From the NCBI GenBank assembly GCA_036795215.1, contig DAIRFC010000003.1:17600-77474 (forward strand): a DNA stretch of 59,875 nt, in the 5' to 3' direction. Numbering within the stretch: position 1 is the first letter of the stretch; each line of letters starts with the position of its first letter. The stretch comes from Actinomycetota bacterium. GTDB taxonomy: Bacteria; Actinomycetota; Thermoleophilia; RBG-16-64-13. The notes beneath the pieces are model-generated. The model saw only the letters and a list, made by a program, of their open reading frames with translations, was not told the origin of the DNA and searched no databases. The position numbers and the translations under genes are program-made. Positions 19,105 through 27,451 of this stretch are shown here, piece after piece.

Positions 19105-22100
19105 CTACCGCAGCAGGCAGCCACCCTCTTGCAGATGGGCTTGCCATTCGGCCTCGCTCGGCTCGCCGCACTTGCGGAGCAGCCGTTCCCACTCTTCTTC
19201 CACCCAGGCCTCGAGCATCTGGAGTTCGTCCTCGAAGCCCTGTTTGAAGAGGTGCGCGAAACGTCCCTGACGCTTGAGCCACGGCACCAGAGGGAGCTTA
19301 TGATGCGGCCGGTAGGTCAGCCGGTACTCGCCGTCTTCGTACTCGAACAGCGGCCAGTAGCACGTGTTGACCGCCTCGCGGGCCAGATCGATGCTCTCCG
19401 CGCCGTCCGAGCGCCACCCGCGCGGGCAGGGGGACAGCACGTTGAGGAAGGACGGACCGTCGGTAGCGAGAGCCCTGGCGGCCTTCCGCACCAGGTCGCG
19501 CGGGTCGTGCGGAGAGGCCTGGGCTACATACCCGATGCCGTGGGCGATCATGAGCTCAGTGAGGTTCTTGCGGTTCTGCAACTTTCCCCCGGACTCCTTG
19601 CCCACGGGGCTGGTCGTCGTCCAAGCGCCCACCGGGGTCGCTCCGGAACGCTGGAAACCGGTGTTCATGTAAGCACCGTTGTCGTAGCAGACATAGAGCA
19701 TCTTGTGACCGCGCTCCATGGCGCCCGAGAGCGATTGCAGACCGATGTCATAGGTACCGCCGTCACCGCCGAAGGCGATGAACTTGACGTTGTCGTCGAT
19801 GAGACCCTTCTTCTTGAGCGCCCGGAAGGCGGTCTCGACACCGCTGATGGTGGCGGCTGAGTTCTCGAAGGCCGTGTGGATGAACCCACCCTTCCACGAC
19901 GTGTAGGGGTAGATGGTCGTGCTCACCTCAAGGCAGCCCGTCGCCGAGCCGACTACCACCGGGTCGTTGGTGCCCATGAGGACCTGCCGCACCACGATGG
20001 GGGCTCCGCAGCCTGCGCACATGCGGTGGCCGCCGGCCAACCCACTGCCTTGGCCCACCAGCTCGAGCCACCGGCGGCGCGCTTCTTCGAAGTGGTTGGT
20101 CTCTTGCAGGGCGTCGACCGGACAGACGTCCACGCATTCCCCGCAGAGTATGCAGCGGCTCTCGTCCACCGAGAACGACTTCAGCGTCCGCTGGTTGAAG
20201 GTAAGCGCGCCGGTGGGGCAGGCGCTCACACAGCGGCCGCAGCTGATGCAGTCGGCCAGTTGGAGTGCTTCGCTGTAGGGCGTGTCGACCTTGATGGCGA
20301 AACCACGACCCGTGAAGTCATAGCAGGCCGGCCCCGCCACGTCGCGGCAGACCCGCACACAGCGGCCGCAGGCGATGCAGCGCTGCATGTCGCGCCGGAT
20401 GAACGGGTGCTCGTACTGCGGCTCGACAGTCCGCACTCGACTGCCTTTGGTGACCAACTCGTTGCTGGTGATGTTGTATTCCACGCCCAGCTTCTGCAGC
20501 TCGCAGTCACCCGAGGTGGGGCAGACGCACTGCAGGCAGCGCTTCGCCTCTTCTTGAGCGGCGGCCAGACTGAGTCCCTTCTCGACCTCCACGTCGAGGG
20601 CGGAGAGCCGCTTGGCCTTGGAGGCTTTGGGCATGGTGGCGCGGGCCGCTGTCTCGGCGGCCGCTCCCATCTTGAGCCACACCGGCGCGCGCTCGGCAAG
20701 ACGCCGGCCGAGCGCCCCCATCTGAGGCTCGACCTTGAGCTGTTCGAGGTACGGTAGCGCACTGTGCGCGGTCAGCTCTTCTTCAAGGCAGGCGAGATCG
20801 GCGCCGCGCAGCCAGGCGTCGATGGCGAGCGCCGTGCGCTTGCCGGCCGCGACCGCATGAATCGCGGAACCCCGGCCCGCGCCGGCGACTGCGTCGCCGG
20901 CCGCGAAGACTCCCTCCCGGGAGGTGCGTCCGGTGAACCTGTCGGCTTCCAGGTGTCCACCCTTCGGCTCGTCGGCGACGATGACCGTGTCTGCGCCCGT
21001 ACGCGCCGCCGGCGCGCCGAACTCGAACGTGACGCCTTCTTCCCGAGCCGCCGCGACGGCGCGGCGGCCGGCGGGCATGGTGTCTTCTTCATAGCGGGTC
21101 GCGACCACGACTTCCGAGGCTCCGGAGCGGAGAGCAGTGCGGGCCGCATCCACCGCGGTGATGCCGTCGCCGTTCACCACGACCTTGCCCGAGAATTCGA
21201 CGGGACGCCCTTCGCGCGTCCGTCGCAGCACGTCGGCGCCGGTGAGGGCCGCGGCGGCCGTGCCGGCGCCGCCCGCCTTCTTGGACTTCTTGCAGGTACC
21301 GGTGGTGACGACCACTGCGTCGAAGCCCGCTCCGAGTAACTCGTCAGGGCCCTCGTCGCGGCTGTAGGGTGAGTCTCCGAAGAAGCGCACTCCTGCGTCC
21401 CACAGTGGGCGTAGTTCGCGCTCGAGGACCTTCAGGGGCAACCGGAACTCGGGGACTGCGTACCGCAGGAGTCCGCCCGGCTCTCCGTCGGCATCGTAGA
21501 TGGTGACCTGGTGTCCACAAGCCACGAGGAACCAGGCTGCGCTCAGTCCTGCCGGGCCGGCCCCGATCACGGCCACCCGCCTGCCGGTGCTCTTGCCCGG
21601 CTGCAGCACATGGGAGTGTGAGCCGGATGCGGCTGCGTCCGCGGGAGCGTGGTCGGCAAGGGAGCGGTGCAGGTCGCAGATGGCTATGGCCTCGTCGACG
21701 CCGGCACGTCTGCACACCGGCTCGCAGTAGCGCGGGCAGATGCGTCCCAGGATGCCGGGGAAAGGCAGTTCGGTGCGGACTATGGCGGCCGCGCCGGCGG
21801 CGTCGCCGGCGGCCAGCGCCGCCATGTAGGCCGGGATGTCGATGTGGGTGGGGCAGGCGTGCGAGCAGGGCGCCTCACAGTAGGCGTTGTGGTCGGAGAG
21901 GTACATCTTGAGGTAACTCTCGCGGCGCGCCCGGACCCGGGGGGTGTCGGTCTTTGCCACCATGCCCTCGGCGACCCAGGTGGTACAGGCGGCCTGGAGC
22001 TTCTGGATGCCCTCGATCTCCACCAGGCACAGGCGGCAGGCGCCCCACGCGGCCGTCTCGGAGATGTGGCACAGGGCGGGGATGTGGATGCCCTCGCGGC

Positions 22101-22191
22101 GGGCCACCTCTAGGATGGTCTCGCCCTCGCGGGCGGTCACGTTCTTTCCATCGATGGTGAGCTTCACGCCGGTCTTCACTCGGGTGCTCAT
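19105..22191 (-). CDS. porB: 1028-aa fusion: 2Fe-2S ferredoxin domain + GltD-like NAD(P)H flavoprotein + 4Fe-4S domains + PFOR beta (TPP-binding, PorB) domain
   Basis: Domain map by eye, in residue numbers.
- Residues 1-95: NuoG/HydA-type 2Fe-2S (LCH..C..C..C).
- Residues 100-465: GltD-like (CEAPCSHACP, GRICPRYCEPVC, VAVIGAGPAGLSAA, GVFAAGD).
- Residues 549-700: Cys clusters (CIACGRCVRVC, CISCGRCVSACP, CILCGECVDVCP).
- Residues 715-1028: PorB-like (GHRMCAGCG, FGGDGGTYDIG, YDNGAYMNTGFQ, SPCP). Confidence 0.85.
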   Translation of the reverse strand: MSTRVKTGVKLTIDGKNVTAREGETILEVARREGIHIPALCHISETAAWGACRLCLVEIEGIQKLQAACTTWVAEGMVAKTDTPRVRARRESYLKMYLSDHNAYCEAPCSHACPTHIDIPAYMAALAAGDAAGAAAIVRTELPFPGILGRICPRYCEPVCRRAGVDEAIAICDLHRSLADHAPADAAASGSHSHVLQPGKSTGRRVAVIGAGPAGLSAAWFLVACGHQVTIYDADGEPGGLLRYAVPEFRLPLKVLERELRPLWDAGVRFFGDSPYSRDEGPDELLGAGFDAVVVTTGTCKKSKKAGGAGTAAAALTGADVLRRTREGRPVEFSGKVVVNGDGITAVDAARTALRSGASEVVVATRYEEDTMPAGRRAVAAAREEGVTFEFGAPAARTGADTVIVADEPKGGHLEADRFTGRTSREGVFAAGDAVAGAGRGSAIHAVAAGKRTALAIDAWLRGADLACLEEELTAHSALPYLEQLKVEPQMGALGRRLAERAPVWLKMGAAAETAARATMPKASKAKRLSALDVEVEKGLSLAAAQEEAKRCLQCVCPTSGDCELQKLGVEYNITSNELVTKGSRVRTVEPQYEHPFIRRDMQRCIACGRCVRVCRDVAGPACYDFTGRGFAIKVDTPYSEALQLADCISCGRCVSACPTGALTFNQRTLKSFSVDESRCILCGECVDVCPVDALQETNHFEEARRRWLELVGQGSGLAGGHRMCAGCGAPIVVRQVLMGTNDPVVVGSATGCLEVSTTIYPYTSWKGGFIHTAFENSAATISGVETAFRALKKKGLIDDNVKFIAFGGDGGTYDIGLQSLSGAMERGHKMLYVCYDNGAYMNTGFQRSGATPVGAWTTTSPVGKESGGKLQNRKNLTELMIAHGIGYVAQASPHDPRDLVRKAARALATDGPSFLNVLSPCPRGWRSDGAESIDLAREAVNTCYWPLFEYEDGEYRLTYRPHHKLPLVPWLKRQGRFAHLFKQGFEDELQMLEAWVEEEWERLLRKCGEPSEAEWQAHLQEGGCLLR

Positions 22192-24104
22192 CTACGCCTC
22201 CCTTCGGCCGGTGTGAGTATCCCCGTCTCGACCCGCACGGCATCGAACCGGCAGGCTTGGCGGCATGCATCGCACTTGATGCACAGCTTCTGGTCGATGC
22301 GATGTGGCTCCTTGCGTTCGCCGGTGACTGCCCCCGACGGGCAGGCGTTGAGGCAGGCGCGGCAGCCTGTGCAGGCGTCTTTGTCGATCGTGTAACGGAT
22401 GAGCGGCCGGCAGACCTTGGCAGGGCAGCGCCGCTCGAGCACGTGGGCCTCGACCTCTTCTCTGAAGTAGCGGAGGGTGGCGAGCACCGGGTTGGGCGCG
22501 CTGCCCCCGAGGGCGCAGAGCGACCCCTCGACCACATCGTCGGCCAGTCTCTCGAGGAGGTCCAGGTCGTCCATGGTGGCGAGGCCCGCGGAGATGCGCT
22601 CCAAGATCTCGAGCATCCGAGTCGTCCCGACACGGCAGGGCACGCACTTGCCGCAGCTCTCCTCCGCGGTGAACGTGAGGAAGAACTTGGCGAAATCGAC
22701 CATGCAGGTGGTGTCGTCGACCACCACCATGCCGCCGGAGCCCATCATGGAACCGGCCGCCACCAGGCTCTCGAAATCGATGGGCTCGTCCAGCAGCGAA
22801 GCAGGCAGGCAGCCGCCCGATGGTCCGCCCAACTGGACGGCCTTGAACTCGCGACCCGGGAGCATGCCGCCGCCTATCTCGAAGATGACGTCGCGCAGGG
22901 TGGCCCCCATGGGCACTTCGATGAGCCCTCCGTTGACCACCTTGCCGGTGAGCGAAAAGATCTTGGTGCCCTTGCTGGTCTTGGTGCCCAAGGAGGCGAA
23001 CTCCTCGGCGCCGCGGTTGATGATCCACGGCACGTTGGCGTAGGTCTCCACGTTGTTGAGGTTGGTGGGCTGAGCCCAGAGGCCCTGGGCCACGGTGCGG
23101 ATGTGCTTGCCGCGCGGCATGCCGCGCTGTCCCTCGATGGAAAGGGTGAGCGCCGTGGACTCGCCGCAGACGAAGGCGCCGGCGCCCTGGTTGATGCGGA
23201 TGTCGAAGTCGAACCCCGAACCGAGGATGTCTTTGCCAAGGAGATTGTGTTTCCGGGCCTGGTCCAACGCCCAGCGCAGGCGCTCGACCGCGAAGGGGTA
23301 CTCGTGACGGACGTAGACGTAACCGTCGACCGGACCGTTGTCCCAGCCGATGGCGAAGGCGGCGATGATCATGCCCTCGATCACGCTGTGCGGGTTGCCC
23401 TCCAGCACCGAGCGATCCATGAAGGCGCCCGGGTCGCCCTCGTCGGCATTGCAGACGACGTAGTGCTTCTCACCGGGGTTGGCCCGGCAGGAGCGCCATT
23501 TGCGCGCCGTGGGGAAGCCCGCGCCGCCCCGTCCGCGCAGGCCGCTCTTCTCGATCTCGGCGATGACGGCCGCCGGGTCGCCCGCGGCCAAGACTTTGGC
23601 CAGAGCGGTGTACCCGCCGTGGGCCAGATAGTCGTCGAGCGAGAAGGGGTCGATCTTGCCGTTGAGGCTCAGCACGATGCGCTTCTGCAGCGCGTAGAAG
23701 GGGATGTCCTTCTCGAGCGCGATGGGTTCGCCCGTGCGAGGATGCTTGTACAGCAACCGCTCCACTACACCGCCGCCCACGATGGTGGTCTCGACGATCT
23801 CGTCGATATCCTGCGGCCTCAGACGGGGGTAGAAGATTCCCTGGGGACGCACCACGATGATGGGTCCCTGCTCGCAGAAGCCGTGGCAGCCGGTCTCGAC
23901 CACCTTGACCTTATCGGTGAGGCCGCGCTCGGCGAGCGACTTGTCGACGGCCGCACGCAGAGACACCCGTCCCGACGCGTGGCAGGCGGTGCCGGCGCAG
24001 ATGCGGATCTCGGTCTTGGCGTCGTCGGCCAGGTATGCGTTCTTGTCGGCCGCGGCTTTCAGCGCGGCTTCGATCTTGGCGGCGAGAGTGGCGGCGGACA
24101 TCAT
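22188..24104 (-). CDS. NuoF/HydB-like NAD(H)-binding FMN Fe-S flavoprotein (BfuB-type)
   Basis: N-terminal thioredoxin-like 2Fe-2S (CAGTACHASG, CHGFCEQGP). GLRGRGGAGFPT FMN/NADH site. ESCGKCVPCR. C-terminal 2x CxxCxxCxxxC(P). AGGAGG precedes ATG 24104. The listed 855-aa ORF start is rejected. Confidence 0.9.
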   Translation of the reverse strand: MMSAATLAAKIEAALKAAADKNAYLADDAKTEIRICAGTACHASGRVSLRAAVDKSLAERGLTDKVKVVETGCHGFCEQGPIIVVRPQGIFYPRLRPQDIDEIVETTIVGGGVVERLLYKHPRTGEPIALEKDIPFYALQKRIVLSLNGKIDPFSLDDYLAHGGYTALAKVLAAGDPAAVIAEIEKSGLRGRGGAGFPTARKWRSCRANPGEKHYVVCNADEGDPGAFMDRSVLEGNPHSVIEGMIIAAFAIGWDNGPVDGYVYVRHEYPFAVERLRWALDQARKHNLLGKDILGSGFDFDIRINQGAGAFVCGESTALTLSIEGQRGMPRGKHIRTVAQGLWAQPTNLNNVETYANVPWIINRGAEEFASLGTKTSKGTKIFSLTGKVVNGGLIEVPMGATLRDVIFEIGGGMLPGREFKAVQLGGPSGGCLPASLLDEPIDFESLVAAGSMMGSGGMVVVDDTTCMVDFAKFFLTFTAEESCGKCVPCRVGTTRMLEILERISAGLATMDDLDLLERLADDVVEGSLCALGGSAPNPVLATLRYFREEVEAHVLERRCPAKVCRPLIRYTIDKDACTGCRACLNACPSGAVTGERKEPHRIDQKLCIKCDACRQACRFDAVRVETGILTPAEGRRR

Positions 24105-24904
24105 GCCACCTCCTGCTTGCGCAGCCTGCGGACCAGCCGGCGGGCCTCGGTGGGGCCCATTCGGCCGAACGTCTCGTCGGACCCCAGCCGTACCACGGGG
24201 GCCAGGGCACAGGCGCCCACGCAGTTGACCGTCTGCAGGGTGAAGAGGCCGTCGGCGGTGGTGCCGCCCACGGGGATCTCGAGCTCTTGGCTGAAAGCCT
24301 CGACCACCAACGGTGCGCCGGCCACGTGGCAGGCGGTACCCATGCACACGTCGATGACGTATTTGCCCACCGGCCTCAGCCGGAACTGGGAGTAGAAGCT
24401 CGCCACCCCGAAGACCCGCGAGAAGGGCAGGTGCATCTCTTCGGCGATGTTCTCCAGGGCCAGGCGGGGCAGGTAGCCGTAGACGTCCTGGGTCGCGTGC
24501 AGCGCCTCCACCAGGCCGGAGCCGGAGCGGATGCCGGCGATAACCGGATCGAAGAGCTTCATGTCGATCTCGGGAACGAACTCTGCCGGTGGCTCGCCCA
24601 TGACGCACGCCGAAGCGGCTCCGCAGCTCTCTCCCGGCAGCGTGGCCAGGGCGGCGGCCCGGGCGGCCTCGGCGTCGAACGGCTGCTCCGGGAACTCCGG
24701 GCAGTACTCGAGACGGATGGCGTCCACCGGGCAGGTGCGCTCGCACAGAGTGCACGAGTAGCAGCGATAGCCGCCGTCCTCGTTCTTGACCAGATCGAAG
24801 AGCCCGGTGCGGGGTTTCTTGCCTACCAGTTCGCGTTGCTCGAAATCGATGCCCTTGAGGACCTCATAGAGGGCAGAGCCCTTCGGTTCTTTGCCGTTCG
24901 CCAT
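24101..24904 (-). CDS. NuoE/HydC-like 2Fe-2S protein with an N-terminal ferredoxin-like extension (BfuC-type)
   Basis: C-terminal NuoE pattern (ALHATQDVYGYLP, FYSQFRL, VCMGTACHVAG, VNCVGACALAP). N-terminal CYSCTLCERTCP motif. ATG 24904 lies 10 nt after the porA stop and follows GAGGTGG. Confidence 0.85.
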   Translation of the reverse strand: MANGKEPKGSALYEVLKGIDFEQRELVGKKPRTGLFDLVKNEDGGYRCYSCTLCERTCPVDAIRLEYCPEFPEQPFDAEAARAAALATLPGESCGAASACVMGEPPAEFVPEIDMKLFDPVIAGIRSGSGLVEALHATQDVYGYLPRLALENIAEEMHLPFSRVFGVASFYSQFRLRPVGKYVIDVCMGTACHVAGAPLVVEAFSQELEIPVGGTTADGLFTLQTVNCVGACALAPVVRLGSDETFGRMGPTEARRLVRRLRKQEVA

Positions 24905-24914
24905 AGCCGCCACC

Positions 24915-26117
24915 TCAGTCTTCCCGCAGGTTGAGATAGCGGCGCTCCGTGGAGGTCCGCTTCTTGTCCTGCGCGGCTCGTTCGAGCACGGCGAAGGCCT
25001 GCTCGATGTTGTCGGGGAAGATGTCGCGCCCTCCAAGGCCGTAGATGAAGGGAAGCACCTGCGGCCTCGGGTCGTTGTCGTAGAGCGCCGAGCGTATCTC
25101 CATGAACAGGGGCCCGCCTTGAGCTCCGAAAGAATCGGCCCGGTCGAGGACCCCCACCACCTTGATATGCTCGAGCGCCTTCGCGTAGGCCTCGTACGGG
25201 AACGGGCGGAACACACGCAGGCGAACCATGCCGGCCTTGACACCCCTGGCACGCAACTTGTCGACCACCGTTCTCGTGGTCCCGGCCGTGGAGCCCGCTA
25301 CGACGATGGCGATCTCGGCATCTTCGAGGCGGTAGGGATCGAGGAGGCCGTAGTGGCGACCGCTGATCTCGGCATACTCGTCGGCGACGTCCTGGATGAC
25401 CTTGAAAGCTCGGTCCATAGCCCGGTTCTGAGAGACCTTGTGTTCGAAGTACCAACCGTGCAGACCGTCGAACGGCCCCACGGTGACAGGCCGCTTGGTG
25501 TCGAGCAGCGGATTGATGGCGTGGAAGGGCCCGATGAAGTCGCGGACCTTCTCGTCGGGCAGCATGACCAACGGCCCTATGGCGCCGCTGATGACGTACC
25601 CGTCGTACATGTGCATCACGGGCAATCGCACGTCCATGTGCTCGGCGATCCGGATGGCCTGGATGCAATTGTCGTAGGCCTGCTGGTGGTCTTCTCCATA
25701 GATCTGGATCCAGCCGGTGTCGCGCCCCCCCATGCTGTCGCTGTGGTCGCAGTGGATGTTGATGGGGCCCGAGAGAGCCCGGTTGACCATGGTCATCACG
25801 ACGGGGAGCCGGTAGCTGGAGGCCACGTAGAGCAGCTCCCACATGAGCGCGAAGCCCTGCGAAGAGGTGGCCGTCATGGTGCGCGCGCCGGCGGCTGCCG
25901 AGCCGATGACCGCGCTCATGGCCGAGTGCTCCGATTCCACGGTGACGAACTCCGAGCTCACCTTGCCGTCGGCGACCATCTGGGCGTAGAGCTGGACCAC
26001 TTCCGTCTGGGGAGTGATGGGGTAGGCGCAGACCACGTCGGGGTCTATCTGGCGCATGGCTTCCGCGGCGGCTTCGTTGCCGGTGACCGCGACCGTTGCG
26101 ATGATGTCCTCGGTCAC
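24915..26117 (-). CDS. porA: Pyruvate/2-oxoacid:ferredoxin oxidoreductase alpha subunit
   Basis: GNEAAAEAMRQ..VCAYPITPQTE..ESEHSAMSA..GAR..TATSSQG is typical of PorA; 400 aa. Confidence 0.9.
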   Translation of the reverse strand: MTEDIIATVAVTGNEAAAEAMRQIDPDVVCAYPITPQTEVVQLYAQMVADGKVSSEFVTVESEHSAMSAVIGSAAAGARTMTATSSQGFALMWELLYVASSYRLPVVMTMVNRALSGPINIHCDHSDSMGGRDTGWIQIYGEDHQQAYDNCIQAIRIAEHMDVRLPVMHMYDGYVISGAIGPLVMLPDEKVRDFIGPFHAINPLLDTKRPVTVGPFDGLHGWYFEHKVSQNRAMDRAFKVIQDVADEYAEISGRHYGLLDPYRLEDAEIAIVVAGSTAGTTRTVVDKLRARGVKAGMVRLRVFRPFPYEAYAKALEHIKVVGVLDRADSFGAQGGPLFMEIRSALYDNDPRPQVLPFIYGLGGRDIFPDNIEQAFAVLERAAQDKKRTSTERRYLNLRED

Positions 26118-26121
26118 CTCG

Positions 26122-26445
26122 TCACTCCTTGTGTTCGGTCTTCATGACGATGGCGTCCGCGGGGCACTCGCGGGCGCAGATGCCGCAGCCCTTGCAGTGC
26201 TTGAGGTCGACGCCCACCGCCTTGCCGTTCTCGATGATGATGGAGGCGTCGGGGCAGTAGAAGTAGCAGAGCATGCAGCCCGTGCACTTTTTGGCATCGA
26301 TGACAGGCACCTGCGAGCGCCAGCCGCCGGTCTCGAAATCCTCGGAGTTGCCCGCGACAGGGATGGTGGCTCCCAGTTCGTGTCTGTCGGGGCCCCAGGT
26401 ATCGATGTCGCTGACGTCCCAGCGAGGCTTCTTCGCGGCGCTCAT
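26122..26445 (-). CDS. porD: PFOR delta subunit (2x[4Fe-4S] ferredoxin)
   Basis: CTGCMLCYFYCP and CKGCGICARECP motifs; 107 aa. Confidence 0.9.
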   Translation of the reverse strand: MSAAKKPRWDVSDIDTWGPDRHELGATIPVAGNSEDFETGGWRSQVPVIDAKKCTGCMLCYFYCPDASIIIENGKAVGVDLKHCKGCGICARECPADAIVMKTEHKE

Positions 26446-27059
26446 TCGCCTCTGACCTCCTCGTAGGCGCGGGTGATGGCCAAGATGTTGCCTTCCACCA
26501 CCTTGGGCGGGAACTTCTTGCCGAAATCAACGCGCAGGAAATCGACCACGTTCTCGATGGGGAACAGCCCCGTGATGCGGGTGAGAGCGCCGACCATGGG
26601 TGTGTTGGGGATGGGACGGCGTATGGTCTCGACTGCTATACGGGTGGCGTCGATGGTGAAGACCCGGTTGCCCTTGAGCCCATAATGCTTGCGCAACTCG
26701 GCCGGCGCCATCTCGCTGTTCACCAGCACGATGGCATCGGACGGCGCTCCCTTGGTGACATCCACCGTACTGAGCAGGGATGGGTCGAGAACGACGACGA
26801 TGGCCGGATGCTCGATGCCGGCATACACCTGGATAGGCTCGTCGCTCACCCGCGTGAAAGCTACGATGGGAGCGCCTGAACGCTCCGGGCCGTACTCGGG
26901 GAAAGCCTGGAAGTGCTTACCCTGGCCCAGCGCCAACTCGGCTACCATCTTGGCCGCCGTCACGGCTCCCTGGCCACCTCGGGCGTGCCAGCGTATCTCG
27001 GTGAGGCCCTGAGTCGTAAGGTCATGTTCTTTAGCGGCGGCCTTCGCGGGCACAGTCAT
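26442..27059 (-). CDS. porG: PFOR gamma subunit
   Basis: EIRWHARGGQGAVTAAKM...QAFPEYGPERSGAP. ATG 27059 gives an N-terminus of normal length. ATGs at 27104 and 27128 are possible alternatives. Confidence 0.85.
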   Translation of the reverse strand: MTVPAKAAAKEHDLTTQGLTEIRWHARGGQGAVTAAKMVAELALGQGKHFQAFPEYGPERSGAPIVAFTRVSDEPIQVYAGIEHPAIVVVLDPSLLSTVDVTKGAPSDAIVLVNSEMAPAELRKHYGLKGNRVFTIDATRIAVETIRRPIPNTPMVGALTRITGLFPIENVVDFLRVDFGKKFPPKVVEGNILAITRAYEEVRGE

Positions 27060-27175
27060 CCCCCCCACACTAGAGATGTCAAGGAAACTGCCAACGGTTG
27101 ACATCGCCGGTGTCTCCGCACAGCCCATGGAGCAGGTATCACCGCGTCACTCGCAACCGGGGCGAACGACGATTG

Positions 27176-27181
27176 ATTATA
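27176..27181 (-). promoter_or_regulatory. Candidate -10 box (TATAAT, preceded by TG) for the por operon
   Basis: The minus strand reads CCTGTATAAT about 50-120 nt upstream of the candidate porG starts. No convincing -35 box. Confidence 0.25.
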
Positions 27182-27212
27182 CAGGAAGGGTTCTGTCTAC
27201 GCTCCCCCGATA

Positions 27213-27242
27213 GGGACAAAGAGCGGTCCGGCGGTGTATAAT
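27213..27242 (+). promoter_or_regulatory. Candidate promoter of the thiamine operon (GGGACA - 18 nt - TATAAT)
   Basis: -10 box TATAAT at 27237-27242, about 20 nt upstream of the riboswitch. The -35-like box is GGGACA at 27213-27218. Confidence 0.3.
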
Positions 27243-27260
27243 CCGGCCGTATCCAACATA

Positions 27261-27350
27261 CCTTGCTAGGGGAGCGTACAGCTGAGAGTGTGGCTTTGCC
27301 ACAGACCCTGCGAACCTGATCTGGGTAATGCCAGCGAAGGGAAGTAACGG
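27261..27350 (+). promoter_or_regulatory. TPP (THI-box) riboswitch
   Basis: CUAGGGGAGCG..GCUGAGA..ACCCUGCGAACCUGAUCUGGGUAAUGCCAGCGAAGGGAAGU matches the universally conserved TPP aptamer core almost base for base. Followed by thiamine genes. Confidence 0.92.
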
Positions 27351-27451
27351 TGATCTGCCTTAGCCCGACCAGTCCATGACCGCCGTTTGGCGGCGCGGGC
27401 AGGTCGTCACTCCCAAGTCGTCTCCCTTGGCGCTCGAACGAGGAGTGGACC

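Noticed and set aside
22257-24395. 712-aa plus-strand ORF antisense to the NuoF-like gene. The same class includes 2796-4181, 14762-15688, 24891-26147, 29150-30631, 51433-52716 and 55410-56930, all opposite well-supported genes.
   Set aside because: All lie opposite genes with unambiguous catalytic motifs. All have low-complexity Arg/Gly/Asp/His-rich translations. None has an RBS or recognisable domain.
22188-24755. Listed 855-aa version of the NuoF-like ORF. Similar long N-terminal extensions are listed for guaB 14867-16477, HAD 16023-17156, NuoE-like 24101-25252, purA 55266 and purD 56530.
   Set aside because: - The extensions are Arg/Pro/Gly-rich.
- They overlap the upstream gene in another frame.
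- They precede internal starts that have strong Shine-Dalgarno boxes and give homologue-length proteins.
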